Positions 21,151 through 30,118 of a DNA stretch of 64,000 nucleotides are shown one piece after another. Source of the DNA: a virus (lineage: Duplodnaviria > Caudoviricetes); IMG/VR virus record IMGVR_UViG_3300037067_023527, positions 32,001-96,000 of that record, one strand, 5' to 3'. The notes beneath the pieces were generated by a model. The model was given only the letters and a program-made list of their open reading frames with translations. It did no database searches and was not told the origin of the DNA. The position numbers were made by a program, and so were the translations under genes. Positions within the stretch are counted from its first letter, which is position 1; each line of letters begins with the position of its first letter.

Positions 21151-21459
21151 GGTACAGGGCTCCATGACTCGACAATGGTACCGATTCCGTGGACAGAATT
21201 TCCAGGTGAAGATGGATAAACGAGATTGGGATTCCATGCAGGATCCAATGCTTAAACGGATATTATGAAAATACACTTAAAAACGAAGATCATGCCGGCT
21301 CCATTATCGATTTATCGAGGAAGCCGGCGCGGTGGGCTGGGAGCGCCACAGGAGTACCTTCCCGGATGGTGCAACCCACATCGGAGTTGAATGCCGCAGA
21401 TGATGGCGCCCGAGCCGGGCTCCGGGCGCAGCGGACAAAACTTAATTCTGGAGGAAAAT

Positions 21460-21804
21460 ATGAAACCAACGATCGGAAGAATAGTTATTTTCAAGTTGAC
21501 TGAAGAAATGGCGCACCAGATTAACCGGAGACGGACAATAGGGAGTTCGATCTCTGAAAGGATACAGCGAAATACTCCCAATGTGACACATTGGCCGCTT
21601 GGCGCACAGGCTCACATAGGAAATAACGCCCATCCTGGAGAGGAATATCCTCTGGTGGTAACGCGCGTGTGGCCTGATGAATTCGGTCCGGACGTTCCCG
21701 GAGTGAACGGTCAGGTATTGCTGGATGGCAACGACTGTCTCTGGGTGACAAGCGTTGGCGAAGGGCCAAACGAAGGCCAATGGCATTGGCCGGAAAGAGT
21801 TTAA
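21460..21804 (+). CDS. conserved phage protein (MKPTIGRIV family)
   Basis: MKPTIGRIV...VTRVW...W.WP; RBS GGAGG. Confidence 0.7.
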   Translation: MKPTIGRIVIFKLTEEMAHQINRRRTIGSSISERIQRNTPNVTHWPLGAQAHIGNNAHPGEEYPLVVTRVWPDEFGPDVPGVNGQVLLDGNDCLWVTSVGEGPNEGQWHWPERV

Positions 21805-21811
21805 AAACTAA

Positions 21812-21886
21812 GGCGGGGTGGAGCAGAGGTAGCTCGTTGGGCCCATAACCCAAAGGTCGCGAGTTCAAATCTCGCCCCCGCTCCCA
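21812..21886 (+). tRNA. tRNA-Met(CAT), initiator-like
   Basis: cloverleaf; GGG/CCC anticodon stem; loop CCCATAA; TTCAAAT; encoded CCA. Confidence 0.92.
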
Positions 21887-21887
21887 T

Positions 21888-21963
21888 GGGCTGATCGTCC
21901 AATTTGGCAAGACACCTGATTTGCATTCAGGAGATCGGGGTTCAAGTCCCCGTCGGTCCACCA
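21888..21963 (+). tRNA. tRNA-Ala(TGC)
   Basis: G3:U70, anticodon arm CCTGA-TTTGCAT-TCAGG, A73, CCA. Confidence 0.93.
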
Positions 21964-22496
21964 GCAATCATAGGAGCTAACTTTGGCCAAAAAATTCATT
22001 CTTAGGCGAATCTATCTATGGTTTCGCGCTCGGTGGATGCTGCACAAGACTCTCATGAATGACAAGACCGCGCTCGAGCTGGTAAAAGACAGGGAAAAGG
22101 CCCTCATGGATAGAGAAGTCCTTAGATTCATTTCGCAACGGCAGTGCAGCGCAGTGCGCCAGGAGCAATGCATTGTGGAGAAGCCGAAGGATCTAAAAGA
22201 TTGGTGCCCGCGGTGCATAGCCTTGGATCACTTGGTCAATTATAGGGGATAAAATGGAAAAGCTTCAGTCTCCAGACGTCACTGTCCCTGCCATTGTGCA
22301 AGATCCAACGGAGCCGTGTCCGGTATGTTGTTTTGTGCCCACCGGAGGGGATACGCCGATTCTTCTTCGATGGAGAAGGCTAACTATAGGCCCGAGAGAA
22401 GAAACGGTTTATTGGCTTAGCGATGCCGGAGTATGGATATGCAAGGCTTGTCATCCTCCGGGGCATCCAGATTTGGTCAAAAGGGAAATAACTATT

Positions 22497-22572
22497 CGGG
22501 GCGTGGCCAAGCGGGAAGGCTCTCGGCCTGGGACTGAGGAATGCGCTGGTCCGAATCCAGCCGCTCCGACCA
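22497..22572 (+). tRNA. tRNA-Pro(TGG)
   Basis: C1-G72 acceptor CGGGGCG/CGCTCCG, CTCGG-CCTGGGA-CTGAG, T arm GCTGG-TCCGAAT-CCAGC, CCA. Confidence 0.85.
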
Positions 22573-22601
22573 TGGAAGAATTTATTATATAGTGGTGAAG
22601 T

Positions 22602-22772
22602 ATGCCGAGAGTAGTAACGAAGCGGTGTAACAGGTGGGGGACTGGCAAAGAACTTGTTGGAAAAAACAAGACTATTGAAAGATCCCTTCTTCGCATTGAA
22701 CGCAGTGATCGTTGGCGCCGAGACAGAAATAAGCGCCGGCGGGAAAGGCAGAAGTTGAATGGAAGACCTTAA
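22602..22772 (+). CDS. small basic protein (56 aa, below ORF-track cutoff)
   Basis: MPRVVTKRC...RRRERQKLNGRP, translated by hand. Confidence 0.4.
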   Translation: MPRVVTKRCNRWGTGKELVGKNKTIERSLLRIERSDRWRRDRNKRRRERQKLNGRP

Positions 22773-22944
22773 GACTGGAGATGTTGTCAGGTTGAATAGC
22801 GGTGGACCTAAAATGACGGTAGAAAAGGTTCTCCTGGACGATCATTCTAACCGTATCATCCGATGCGCTTGGATGGATGATCCTGGGGCAATGCAGGTTC
22901 AAAGGGGTGAGTTTTACGAAGCAGAGGTAAGTAAAATCGCGTAA
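22759..22944 (+). CDS. DUF2158/YodC family protein
   Basis: LKTGDVVRLNSGGPKMTV...C.W. Confidence 0.85.
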   Translation: MEDLKTGDVVRLNSGGPKMTVEKVLLDDHSNRIIRCAWMDDPGAMQVQRGEFYEAEVSKIA

Positions 22945-22945
22945 G

Positions 22946-23034
22946 GGAAGGGTCGCCTAACGGTATGGCACCCGGTTGCTAACCGGACGCTGGGGAAACC
23001 CGGCATAGAGGTTCGAGTCCTCTTCCTTCCGCCA
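22946..23034 (+). tRNA. tRNA-Ser(GCT)
   Basis: long variable arm, loop TTGCTAA, G73, CCA. Confidence 0.93.
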
Positions 23035-23294
23035 ATATCAGGATCAAATAATGAAGAATCTACGTCAAGTATGGGTCATCGAAGTGAGAGTAAATAAAGG
23101 ACCATGGATACCGGTTGAATCTAGGCTAACAAGATCTATGGCAAGGACAAGTTGCCATAATCTGCGTCCGCAATTCAACAAAAGGTTGAGCCGATTGCGG
23201 GTTAGTAAATATATTCCGGTTCCATAATTCAGGGGCCCTGCGAATAGGGAGCGCGGGTAAGCGGAAACTACATCCCTTTAAAACGGCCTCTTAA

Positions 23295-23370
23295 GGTTCC
23301 ATCGTCTAGTGGCCCAGGATGTCTGACTGTCGATCAGAGGACACGGGTTCGAATCCCGTTGGGACCGCCA
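23295..23370 (+). tRNA. tRNA-Asp(GTC)
   Basis: GGTTCCA/TGGGACC acceptor, TCTGA-CTGTCGA-TCAGA, G73, CCA. Confidence 0.93.
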
Positions 23371-24479
23371 AAGGGGAAGTAAAATGGAATACGAAAGAGG
23401 CCCATTTTCAATTAAAAGCAGGCCAGTTCCGGATGATACCGTAGATAGATGGTCTGCTTATCCCATCGATAGTCAGATACACAGGGAACAGAAGCTTCCA
23501 TGCCTTGTATCTAAGTCTCAGGAGAAGATAAACCAGATGGTCGATTTCGTTCTGGAACTACCGATCGAGGAACGTCCCGACGGATCAGACGCGGCGGCTT
23601 GGAATAAACTACTCGAGGAGCGCGGAATCATACCGTAATGTACCATGCAAAAATTGTTTCAAGTAGGGGTTTTCACGGAATTCCGCGACGGCCGCAAGCC
23701 ACTTATCTCTGCCTATACCACTTGGTTCAATCCCGAGTGGGAAGGATGCTGCGTTCATGGAATAAGAGCCAATTCCGGTGCAGAGGCTAAAAAAATGGCA
23801 ATCGAAGATCATAAGAAAAGATGCCTGGATAAAATGGAGGCAAAGCATGCCCGGCGCGAAGGGATCTAGAGCGATTCTAACAATTAAAGATGCCAGCCTG
23901 ATGTCGCAAGATAGTCGCAGGGAACTGGCTGCATGGTTGAATCTGCGCGCTGCCAATCTGATTACCAATGGAGCTGGATACGAAACTATTCAAACATTCG
24001 AATATCTAGTGAGGAGAACTGATCGAAAATGTCAGTCCTGATCGCCTATAAAAACAACCCCGACAAAAAACCCCTCATCGACCTTCTGGATGAACCAATT
24101 CATCTCGTACTGGCCAAAGACATGGCCGAAGCCCGTTTCATCTGTCAGGGAGATCTGAAAAACTGCGAAACCAATATCTTTGAGGGGAAAGAGGTTAAGA
24201 ACTGGAGGGATCCTGTTTTTCCGTGGGATGTTACAGTTGATCTTATCACCTGCAGTGATCTTATCCAGAAATACGGCGGCCAAAGAGAGGCGACGATCGC
24301 CTATTTAGAAGATCGTATGACGCCATCGGAAGAGTTGGCGGTTGCCATGAAGTTCAGTCAGGCAATCGTGCTCACCTTTGCCGCGGAACACTTCTCCAGG
24401 AAGATAGCCGAATTTCTCCGGGTTATCCGGGAAGCCAAGGATAGATGCAAGGTTCCGATGGGCTAAACGAGACAAATCA

Positions 24480-25061
24480 TTGAGGTTATATCACCCGTGG
24501 TACAAGGATAAGAAAAGTGGATTTATCCATCGGTCAAGTCCATGGTGGATCACCTATTACGAGAATGGAATCAGGATTCGTCGACGTGCGACCAAGGAAG
24601 AAATAGAGAGGGAATGCGAAATGAACCTTCAGCCGGCAATACAGGAAATAAAAACTTACAAACAGGCCCTTGAGAAGAAAATTCATGATATCGATGAAGC
24701 CTTGTCGGTGCTAGAGAGGTTGAACATCGAAATGCCCTCTCAGTTAACTATCCCAAAAGAAACCCCTTTTGAGGCTGAGGTTGCCGTAACCCCCAGGGTT
24801 AATGTGGAAAAGGACAAGCAGGCTCAGAAACCTTTTCCCATGCCTCCCGCTGCATCGAGTCGGGTATCATGCGCAATGTGCCATTGCACATTCTCAAGTC
24901 AGTCCAGCCTTGAATCTCATAACAGTATTTGTCACCCGGCCGAGGGAGAGCCTAACCATAATCCCGTTGGCAAGCATAAATGCTCGTATTGCGCTAAGAA
25001 ATTCAACACTTCGGTCGGACTCAATGAGCATATTGAGCTGAGGCACGAAAAGGAGAAGTAA
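24480..25061 (+). CDS. protein with two C2H2 zinc fingers (alternative start 24621)
   Basis: CAMCHCTFSSQSSLESHNSICH and CSYCAKKFNTSVGLNEHIELRH. Confidence 0.75.
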   Translation: MRLYHPWYKDKKSGFIHRSSPWWITYYENGIRIRRRATKEEIERECEMNLQPAIQEIKTYKQALEKKIHDIDEALSVLERLNIEMPSQLTIPKETPFEAEVAVTPRVNVEKDKQAQKPFPMPPAASSRVSCAMCHCTFSSQSSLESHNSICHPAEGEPNHNPVGKHKCSYCAKKFNTSVGLNEHIELRHEKEK

Positions 25062-25386
25062 ATGCCATCAAAAAAAGGTGAAAGCGATGTATTTATGAAG
25101 GGGATACACGGAATCCGCTGGACCGGGTACAAAGAATCGCAGGACAATGTTTGTCTTATAGGACAATGGGTTGCCATAACAAAGACTGGCAAGGTGGCTT
25201 GGGCCACAACTAATGGAGTGACCTCGATCGGGGTTATGGAACGGGCAGTTGAACGATTCTATATTCCAGACCCGGAATGGAAGCCAATCAACCTATTTTC
25301 CAGCGGAGCGGAAAAAGAGGAAAGAAAACAGCAGACATTGGCTTTGCTCATTAAATTCATCGAAAGTCTTGATCCTAAGGAGTGGC

Positions 25387-25698
25387 ATGAGGAATCGCCC
25401 GAAACTGTGTAATCGGGGACACGCTTTGGTGCAGGGGAATATTGCTCCAGACGGGACCTGTCTTAAATGCCAAGGACAATTTATCGGCACAGGGGGGGTG
25501 CCCAATAAGGACCGCACCCATTGCATATGGGGTCACTTGTTCACGTCGACAAACGTGCGCGTGTTTAAGGATGCAGACGGCCGGGAGCATCGGAGATGCA
25601 TGCAATGCGAGGCTGAGCGCGCGATCGCGCGCTACTGGAACAAGATCAAAGACGTCAAACATCCTCGGAGCACTCCGGGTCGGCCGAGAAAATATTGA
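25387..25698 (+). CDS. small Zn-binding protein (THC..GH motif seen with phage HNH proteins)
   Basis: CNRGH...CLKC; RTHCIWGH...RRCMQC. Confidence 0.5.
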   Translation: MRNRPKLCNRGHALVQGNIAPDGTCLKCQGQFIGTGGVPNKDRTHCIWGHLFTSTNVRVFKDADGREHRRCMQCEAERAIARYWNKIKDVKHPRSTPGRPRKY

Positions 25699-25748
25699 CT
25701 ATTTGCCCTAAATAGATGTAATTTCATTGCATCGGAGAAATATTCGTC

Positions 25749-26201
25749 ATGAGTGATCTGATAATTCAGATTTCCAACAACTCAGTGCAATTATCCCTAT
25801 TTTTGTTTTTTTTCGCTTTGGCCATGGCTGGATTAGCATGGTCCATCGTGGCTTTTGCCCGTTTGTTTCAGCTTCAAATTGCAACAAATGTCGCCATCAC
25901 TCGGGAGATTTCAGCCATTCAACATGCCTTGGCAGCGCCAATTCAACCTGGCGTTCCTCAGGCTACTGCCTTTGTTCCTTCGTCAGAACAAAGCCCAGCC
26001 GCCGCTCCGGTAAAAAGGGGCAAGATACCCAAAATGCCGGAAGGTGAAATAATCCTCCCAACTGATTCTGATTTAGCTGATCAGGAAACTATCAGGAATA
26101 TGCGTACTCAATCCATTGTTGAACAGGGGATGTCAGATGAGTCTCTTCAGCAACACATAGAAGAGCTTAGGCAGCAGGGCTTTCCAGACGAACGGGTTTA
26201 A
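25749..26201 (+). CDS. membrane-anchored hypothetical protein
   Basis: N-terminal TM helix; TTGACT-N18-TAATTT upstream (25695-25724). Confidence 0.5.
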   Translation: MSDLIIQISNNSVQLSLFLFFFALAMAGLAWSIVAFARLFQLQIATNVAITREISAIQHALAAPIQPGVPQATAFVPSSEQSPAAAPVKRGKIPKMPEGEIILPTDSDLADQETIRNMRTQSIVEQGMSDESLQQHIEELRQQGFPDERV

Positions 26202-26247
26202 TCGGGAGCAGCTCAGTCAACTACAGGACAAGTAATTGACGTGACGA

Positions 26248-28230
26248 TTGGCTCTACATCGCGCAAATAGAGAGCTCATTGAGCCTATCCAAAAGCTCGA
26301 AGCTCGATACGCAGAAGCCGGGAAAGATTTTCGTGCAGCGTGGAATTCGCTGGATGGGGATGATGTCGCTTTCGCTGTCCGCGAAATCAATCGTTGCCTG
26401 AAAGATCCGACTTATTATTTAGAAAACTACCATTTCATCCGCAGGAAAAACCTCACCCTCGCAACGATTTTCCCTCTGTATGACGCTCAGCAACTTCTTC
26501 TGAATGAATTCATGAGGCAGTTCAATCTGAATGAGGCTATTAGGATCATCGTCCTGAAGGCGAGACAGATGGGGATTACAACCATCAGCGTTGCATTTAT
26601 GTGCTGGCTCGTTTTCCTCCATCCGATGTGCCATGTCATTTCCATGAGCGACACAGAGGACAAGGTGGAGATGAATTTCGGCATGGCCAGGACCGCCTAT
26701 AAATTGTTGCCATGGTGGATGAAGCCGGAAAAGCGGTACGATCAAATGCCCATCCTGCTCGGGTTCGATCGCATCAAGTCTGAGGACCGCGAGGAATCTC
26801 CCGGACTGGAAGCAAAACTGTTCTTTGAATCTGCGAATAAACCCTCCGGAGCTGCATACTCCAAATCTCTCTATGGAGCTCACCTGGCTGAGATCGGCCG
26901 GTACAACAACGCGAAACCGATCACTGAAGGGATTTTTGGTTCCCTGGTTGGATTCGCGCACTCGGTAGGCATTCTCGAGGGCACCGCTCAAGGCCGGCAC
27001 ACGATTTTCCATAAACTCTGGAAAAAAGCTGAAGAGGGAAAGTTCTGGGCGCCCGTCTTCATGGAATGGTTTCGAGAGGCCGGATATACAATGGCTGTGC
27101 CGGCGAACTTCCAGAGAACCTATGAAGAAAAAATGATTGTCCAAAAGGTCGAGGAAGAGTGCCAATACAAACTGAGCGATGGCCAATTGATGTGGCGCCG
27201 TGAAAAATATTCCGAATTTGAAGCGGCCGGAGAGGAAGAAGCCTTCCCCCAGGAATTCCCTCTCACTCCGGAAGAAGCGTTTGTTTCTAGCGGACTGACC
27301 GCATTTCCTAAAAAACGTCTCAAAGAGATGCTTTTGAACTTCGGCCGAAAGGCGAAATGGATCGGAGAAATAAAACTCGATCAGAAGGACAACAGAACTC
27401 CAATTCTTTGGCCGTATCTTGAAGGCAATTTCCAAATGTGGGAATTTCCTCAAGCCGGCATGAAGTATCAGGTTGGAGCTGATTGCGCTCTGGGAATCGA
27501 TGGAGCCGATTATTCCTGCGCTCAGGTTTACGCGATCCCGGACGATATTAAACAACCTCTTCGCCAGGTTGCGCGCTGGCGCGGGTACATGCCTCCGACA
27601 GAGTATGCCCGGGTGCTGTGCGCGATCGGGTATCTTTACAACGGCGCCGAACTCGCCCCGGAATGCAACAAGATCGATTCTGTGGCTTCGGATGCGTCCA
27701 AAGTCATCATGTATCCCAGCGTGTATCGATGGATACGCGAGGACAAAATCAAAAATCAGCAGTCGATGTTCATCGGCTGGCTCACCACCAACAAAACCAA
27801 AAACGGCCTTATCGGCCGCATGCGCGATGCTCTTCTGGGTTGGACCGTCATTATCCGATGCCCGGAAGATATAGACGAAATGTTTGATTTTGTTGAGACT
27901 GATCCCGGATCCAACACATTTGGCGCCCGGGAAGGCGCCCATGATGATACCGTCATGGCCAACTTAATTGCATATTACACAGCCGTCCAGCTCCGGCCGA
28001 GATGGGCGATCGATGAAGATGCGGATCAAAAGGAACTCCACTGCAGCAAATGCCACAAAATCATTTTAGGCACCAAGCCCGGCATCAGATGCACTGTACC
28101 CGGGTGCGATGGAATCCTCGAGGAAGGACCGAAAGCGGATTTCCAAAATACGGATTATTCGCCGATTTATGACAAGGAAGGTCAAGACAACGACCCAATG
28201 GCAGGAACGCCCAGCTTTATGGAGTTATAA
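26248..28230 (+). CDS. terL: terminase large subunit
   Basis: IIVLKARQMGITT Walker A, LEGTAQG, VGADCA, HDDTVMA nuclease motifs. Confidence 0.93.
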   Translation: MALHRANRELIEPIQKLEARYAEAGKDFRAAWNSLDGDDVAFAVREINRCLKDPTYYLENYHFIRRKNLTLATIFPLYDAQQLLLNEFMRQFNLNEAIRIIVLKARQMGITTISVAFMCWLVFLHPMCHVISMSDTEDKVEMNFGMARTAYKLLPWWMKPEKRYDQMPILLGFDRIKSEDREESPGLEAKLFFESANKPSGAAYSKSLYGAHLAEIGRYNNAKPITEGIFGSLVGFAHSVGILEGTAQGRHTIFHKLWKKAEEGKFWAPVFMEWFREAGYTMAVPANFQRTYEEKMIVQKVEEECQYKLSDGQLMWRREKYSEFEAAGEEEAFPQEFPLTPEEAFVSSGLTAFPKKRLKEMLLNFGRKAKWIGEIKLDQKDNRTPILWPYLEGNFQMWEFPQAGMKYQVGADCALGIDGADYSCAQVYAIPDDIKQPLRQVARWRGYMPPTEYARVLCAIGYLYNGAELAPECNKIDSVASDASKVIMYPSVYRWIREDKIKNQQSMFIGWLTTNKTKNGLIGRMRDALLGWTVIIRCPEDIDEMFDFVETDPGSNTFGAREGAHDDTVMANLIAYYTAVQLRPRWAIDEDADQKELHCSKCHKIILGTKPGIRCTVPGCDGILEEGPKADFQNTDYSPIYDKEGQDNDPMAGTPSFMEL

Positions 28231-28232
28231 CC

Positions 28233-28853
28233 ATGCCTAAACCTTCAGCGCCCGGACCAACGCTTTGTCCGGATTGTTTTCTGTTCCAGGGTATCGATAC
28301 GCCTATCATTTCTCGCGCCGGAGCCACGTTGCGATGCTCAGCCGGGCATACGTGGCCGGGCAATGATGTTGTGTCAGATATGGAGATTTTCCAGCAACGA
28401 CAAGATCTCGCCCGTAAGAAACGGGCTGCAGTCGAAGCCCAGAGCAATCCGAATGCTGTCCAAGAACCAGTAGAAACCACAAAAATTGGGGTTGCTCCTG
28501 GGTTGGGCAGACAGATTGCAATCAACGAGGAAGACCACGATCGAATAGCCAAGTTGATTGGCGAGTTCGGCGACGGAGCCACCCTGTATGGCACGATCAT
28601 GTCGCTCACAATGGACCTGAAAGGCGTTCAGGATGAACTCAATAAAGCGCGCAAAGCCGCGGCGCCCGGAGCAGCCGCTGCGCTCAATCCAAAACTTGAA
28701 CTTCTGGCCACTGGGGATCTGCCGGTTACGATCATCGTTCCGGAAAGATACGTCCAGCCGCTGAAGGACATTGCAGAGGCCAACAGTTGCGAGGTCCCCG
28801 ACTATATGAATTCAGTCATTGCCAATGGGTTTGACGGGGGTTGGTTCTTCTGA
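28233..28853 (+). CDS. hypothetical Zn-binding protein
   Basis: CPDC...CSAGH; directly after terL. Confidence 0.5.
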   Translation: MPKPSAPGPTLCPDCFLFQGIDTPIISRAGATLRCSAGHTWPGNDVVSDMEIFQQRQDLARKKRAAVEAQSNPNAVQEPVETTKIGVAPGLGRQIAINEEDHDRIAKLIGEFGDGATLYGTIMSLTMDLKGVQDELNKARKAAAPGAAAALNPKLELLATGDLPVTIIVPERYVQPLKDIAEANSCEVPDYMNSVIANGFDGGWFF

Positions 28854-28860
28854 GTTAAAT

Positions 28861-29142
28861 ATGTGCAAACACGGGACATATGGAACGGTCAAAATAGATG
28901 GCGTATCGCTTAATACAGTAGACGCTTGCATTGTTCCAATAGTGCAGGCGCTTAACGATTCCGGGTTTAAAACGATTGCTTCATGCTGTGGTCACGGGAA
29001 TATGCCTGGATCAATTGCTTTGAGAGACGGCCGGGAAATACTCATAGCCCGTAACTACGATGAAGCAAGAAAGATGGAGAGTGTTTGTCCGACCGATATT
29101 CATGGAGTTACCAGAAGGAAATTTATAGGAGAATCCAAATGA
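28861..29142 (+). CDS. conserved phage protein, Tyw3-N-like
   Basis: VDACIVPIVQALNDSGFKTIASCCGHG. Confidence 0.55.
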   Translation: MCKHGTYGTVKIDGVSLNTVDACIVPIVQALNDSGFKTIASCCGHGNMPGSIALRDGREILIARNYDEARKMESVCPTDIHGVTRRKFIGESK

Positions 29143-29722
29143 TAGATCCTAACAAAGAAGCAAATTTGCGTCCGCTCAGTCCCGGATGCACCCCTAATCC
29201 CAGCATGGATCATCCAATTATGCACCGTGGATGGAATATCTATAAATGGACAGGATGGAAAGGTAACACGTCGATCTTCGAAGACGCCGATCATGTGACT
29301 AATAGATTCCCGGTCAAATGTTCAGAATGCGGCAAACCCTTTCAGGCTGGAGACCGGTTTATCGAAACCCAGGCGACCGACAATATTTTCCACTTCGAAT
29401 GCTCCAATAGCCAAATTAAGGGACAAATGATCGGGCAGTGGGTGGCTTTTAAATTGGGAGCCAACAAAGACCATAGCGATGATCAATTTGCATACGCCGG
29501 CGTTCCTGGTAATCAAGGTCCCTTTAATAGGGGGGATGCATTTTTGGTTATTCCTCAAGGTTTGCAGGAGGCATTATATCCTGACACGCCTCAGGAAAAA
29601 TTAGAACAAGCGCGCGAAGAAGGCCTCGTCAGACTCAAAGCGGTGATCGATGAGATAGAAAACGCAGCCAATTGACGTAGGGACTTGACATCAGTCGCGC
29701 ACAATAATTGAGGAGGTTCGCC

Positions 29723-30106
29723 ATGCCTATGTATGAGGCGGAGTGCACCGTCTGCAAAAGCTATTTTGAGTATTATTCCGCTCACATTACGGAATTCACC
29801 AATCCATGCCCTAAGTGCGGTGGAAAAGCAGATAGGCTTTTTAGCACCTACAGCCCAAAATTTTTCACCCCGTTTACGACCCGGAATATAGATCCGTCTG
29901 GAATGCCGATTCTCGTCAAATCTCAGAGGCAACTTTCCAGTCTGTGCAACGAACATAAACTCATTCACCACGACGATCCGAAGTGGCAGCCAAAACCGCG
30001 CCAGGCGCCCAATATCCATGATGCATTTGGGTCCAAGGATTTGGCTGAAGCACTCCGCGGCGTTGAAGGTGGAGCCTGCAGGCAGGAGGAACTTCTTGCC
30101 CCCTAA
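29723..30106 (+). CDS. FmdB-family zinc ribbon protein
   Basis: MPMYEAECTVC...CPKCGG..RLFS; RBS GAGGAGG. Confidence 0.8.
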   Translation: MPMYEAECTVCKSYFEYYSAHITEFTNPCPKCGGKADRLFSTYSPKFFTPFTTRNIDPSGMPILVKSQRQLSSLCNEHKLIHHDDPKWQPKPRQAPNIHDAFGSKDLAEALRGVEGGACRQEELLAP

Positions 30107-30118
30107 GAGAAAGCTATT

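Noticed and set aside
22593-22758. Possible ncRNA between tRNA-Pro and the DUF2158 gene
   Set aside because: Better explained by a 56-aa ORF at 22602-22772
26419-27942. Long minus-strand ORFs (507 aa here; also 35820-36788 and 58690-59538)
   Set aside because: Antisense shadows of well-supported + strand genes, with no recognisable motifs
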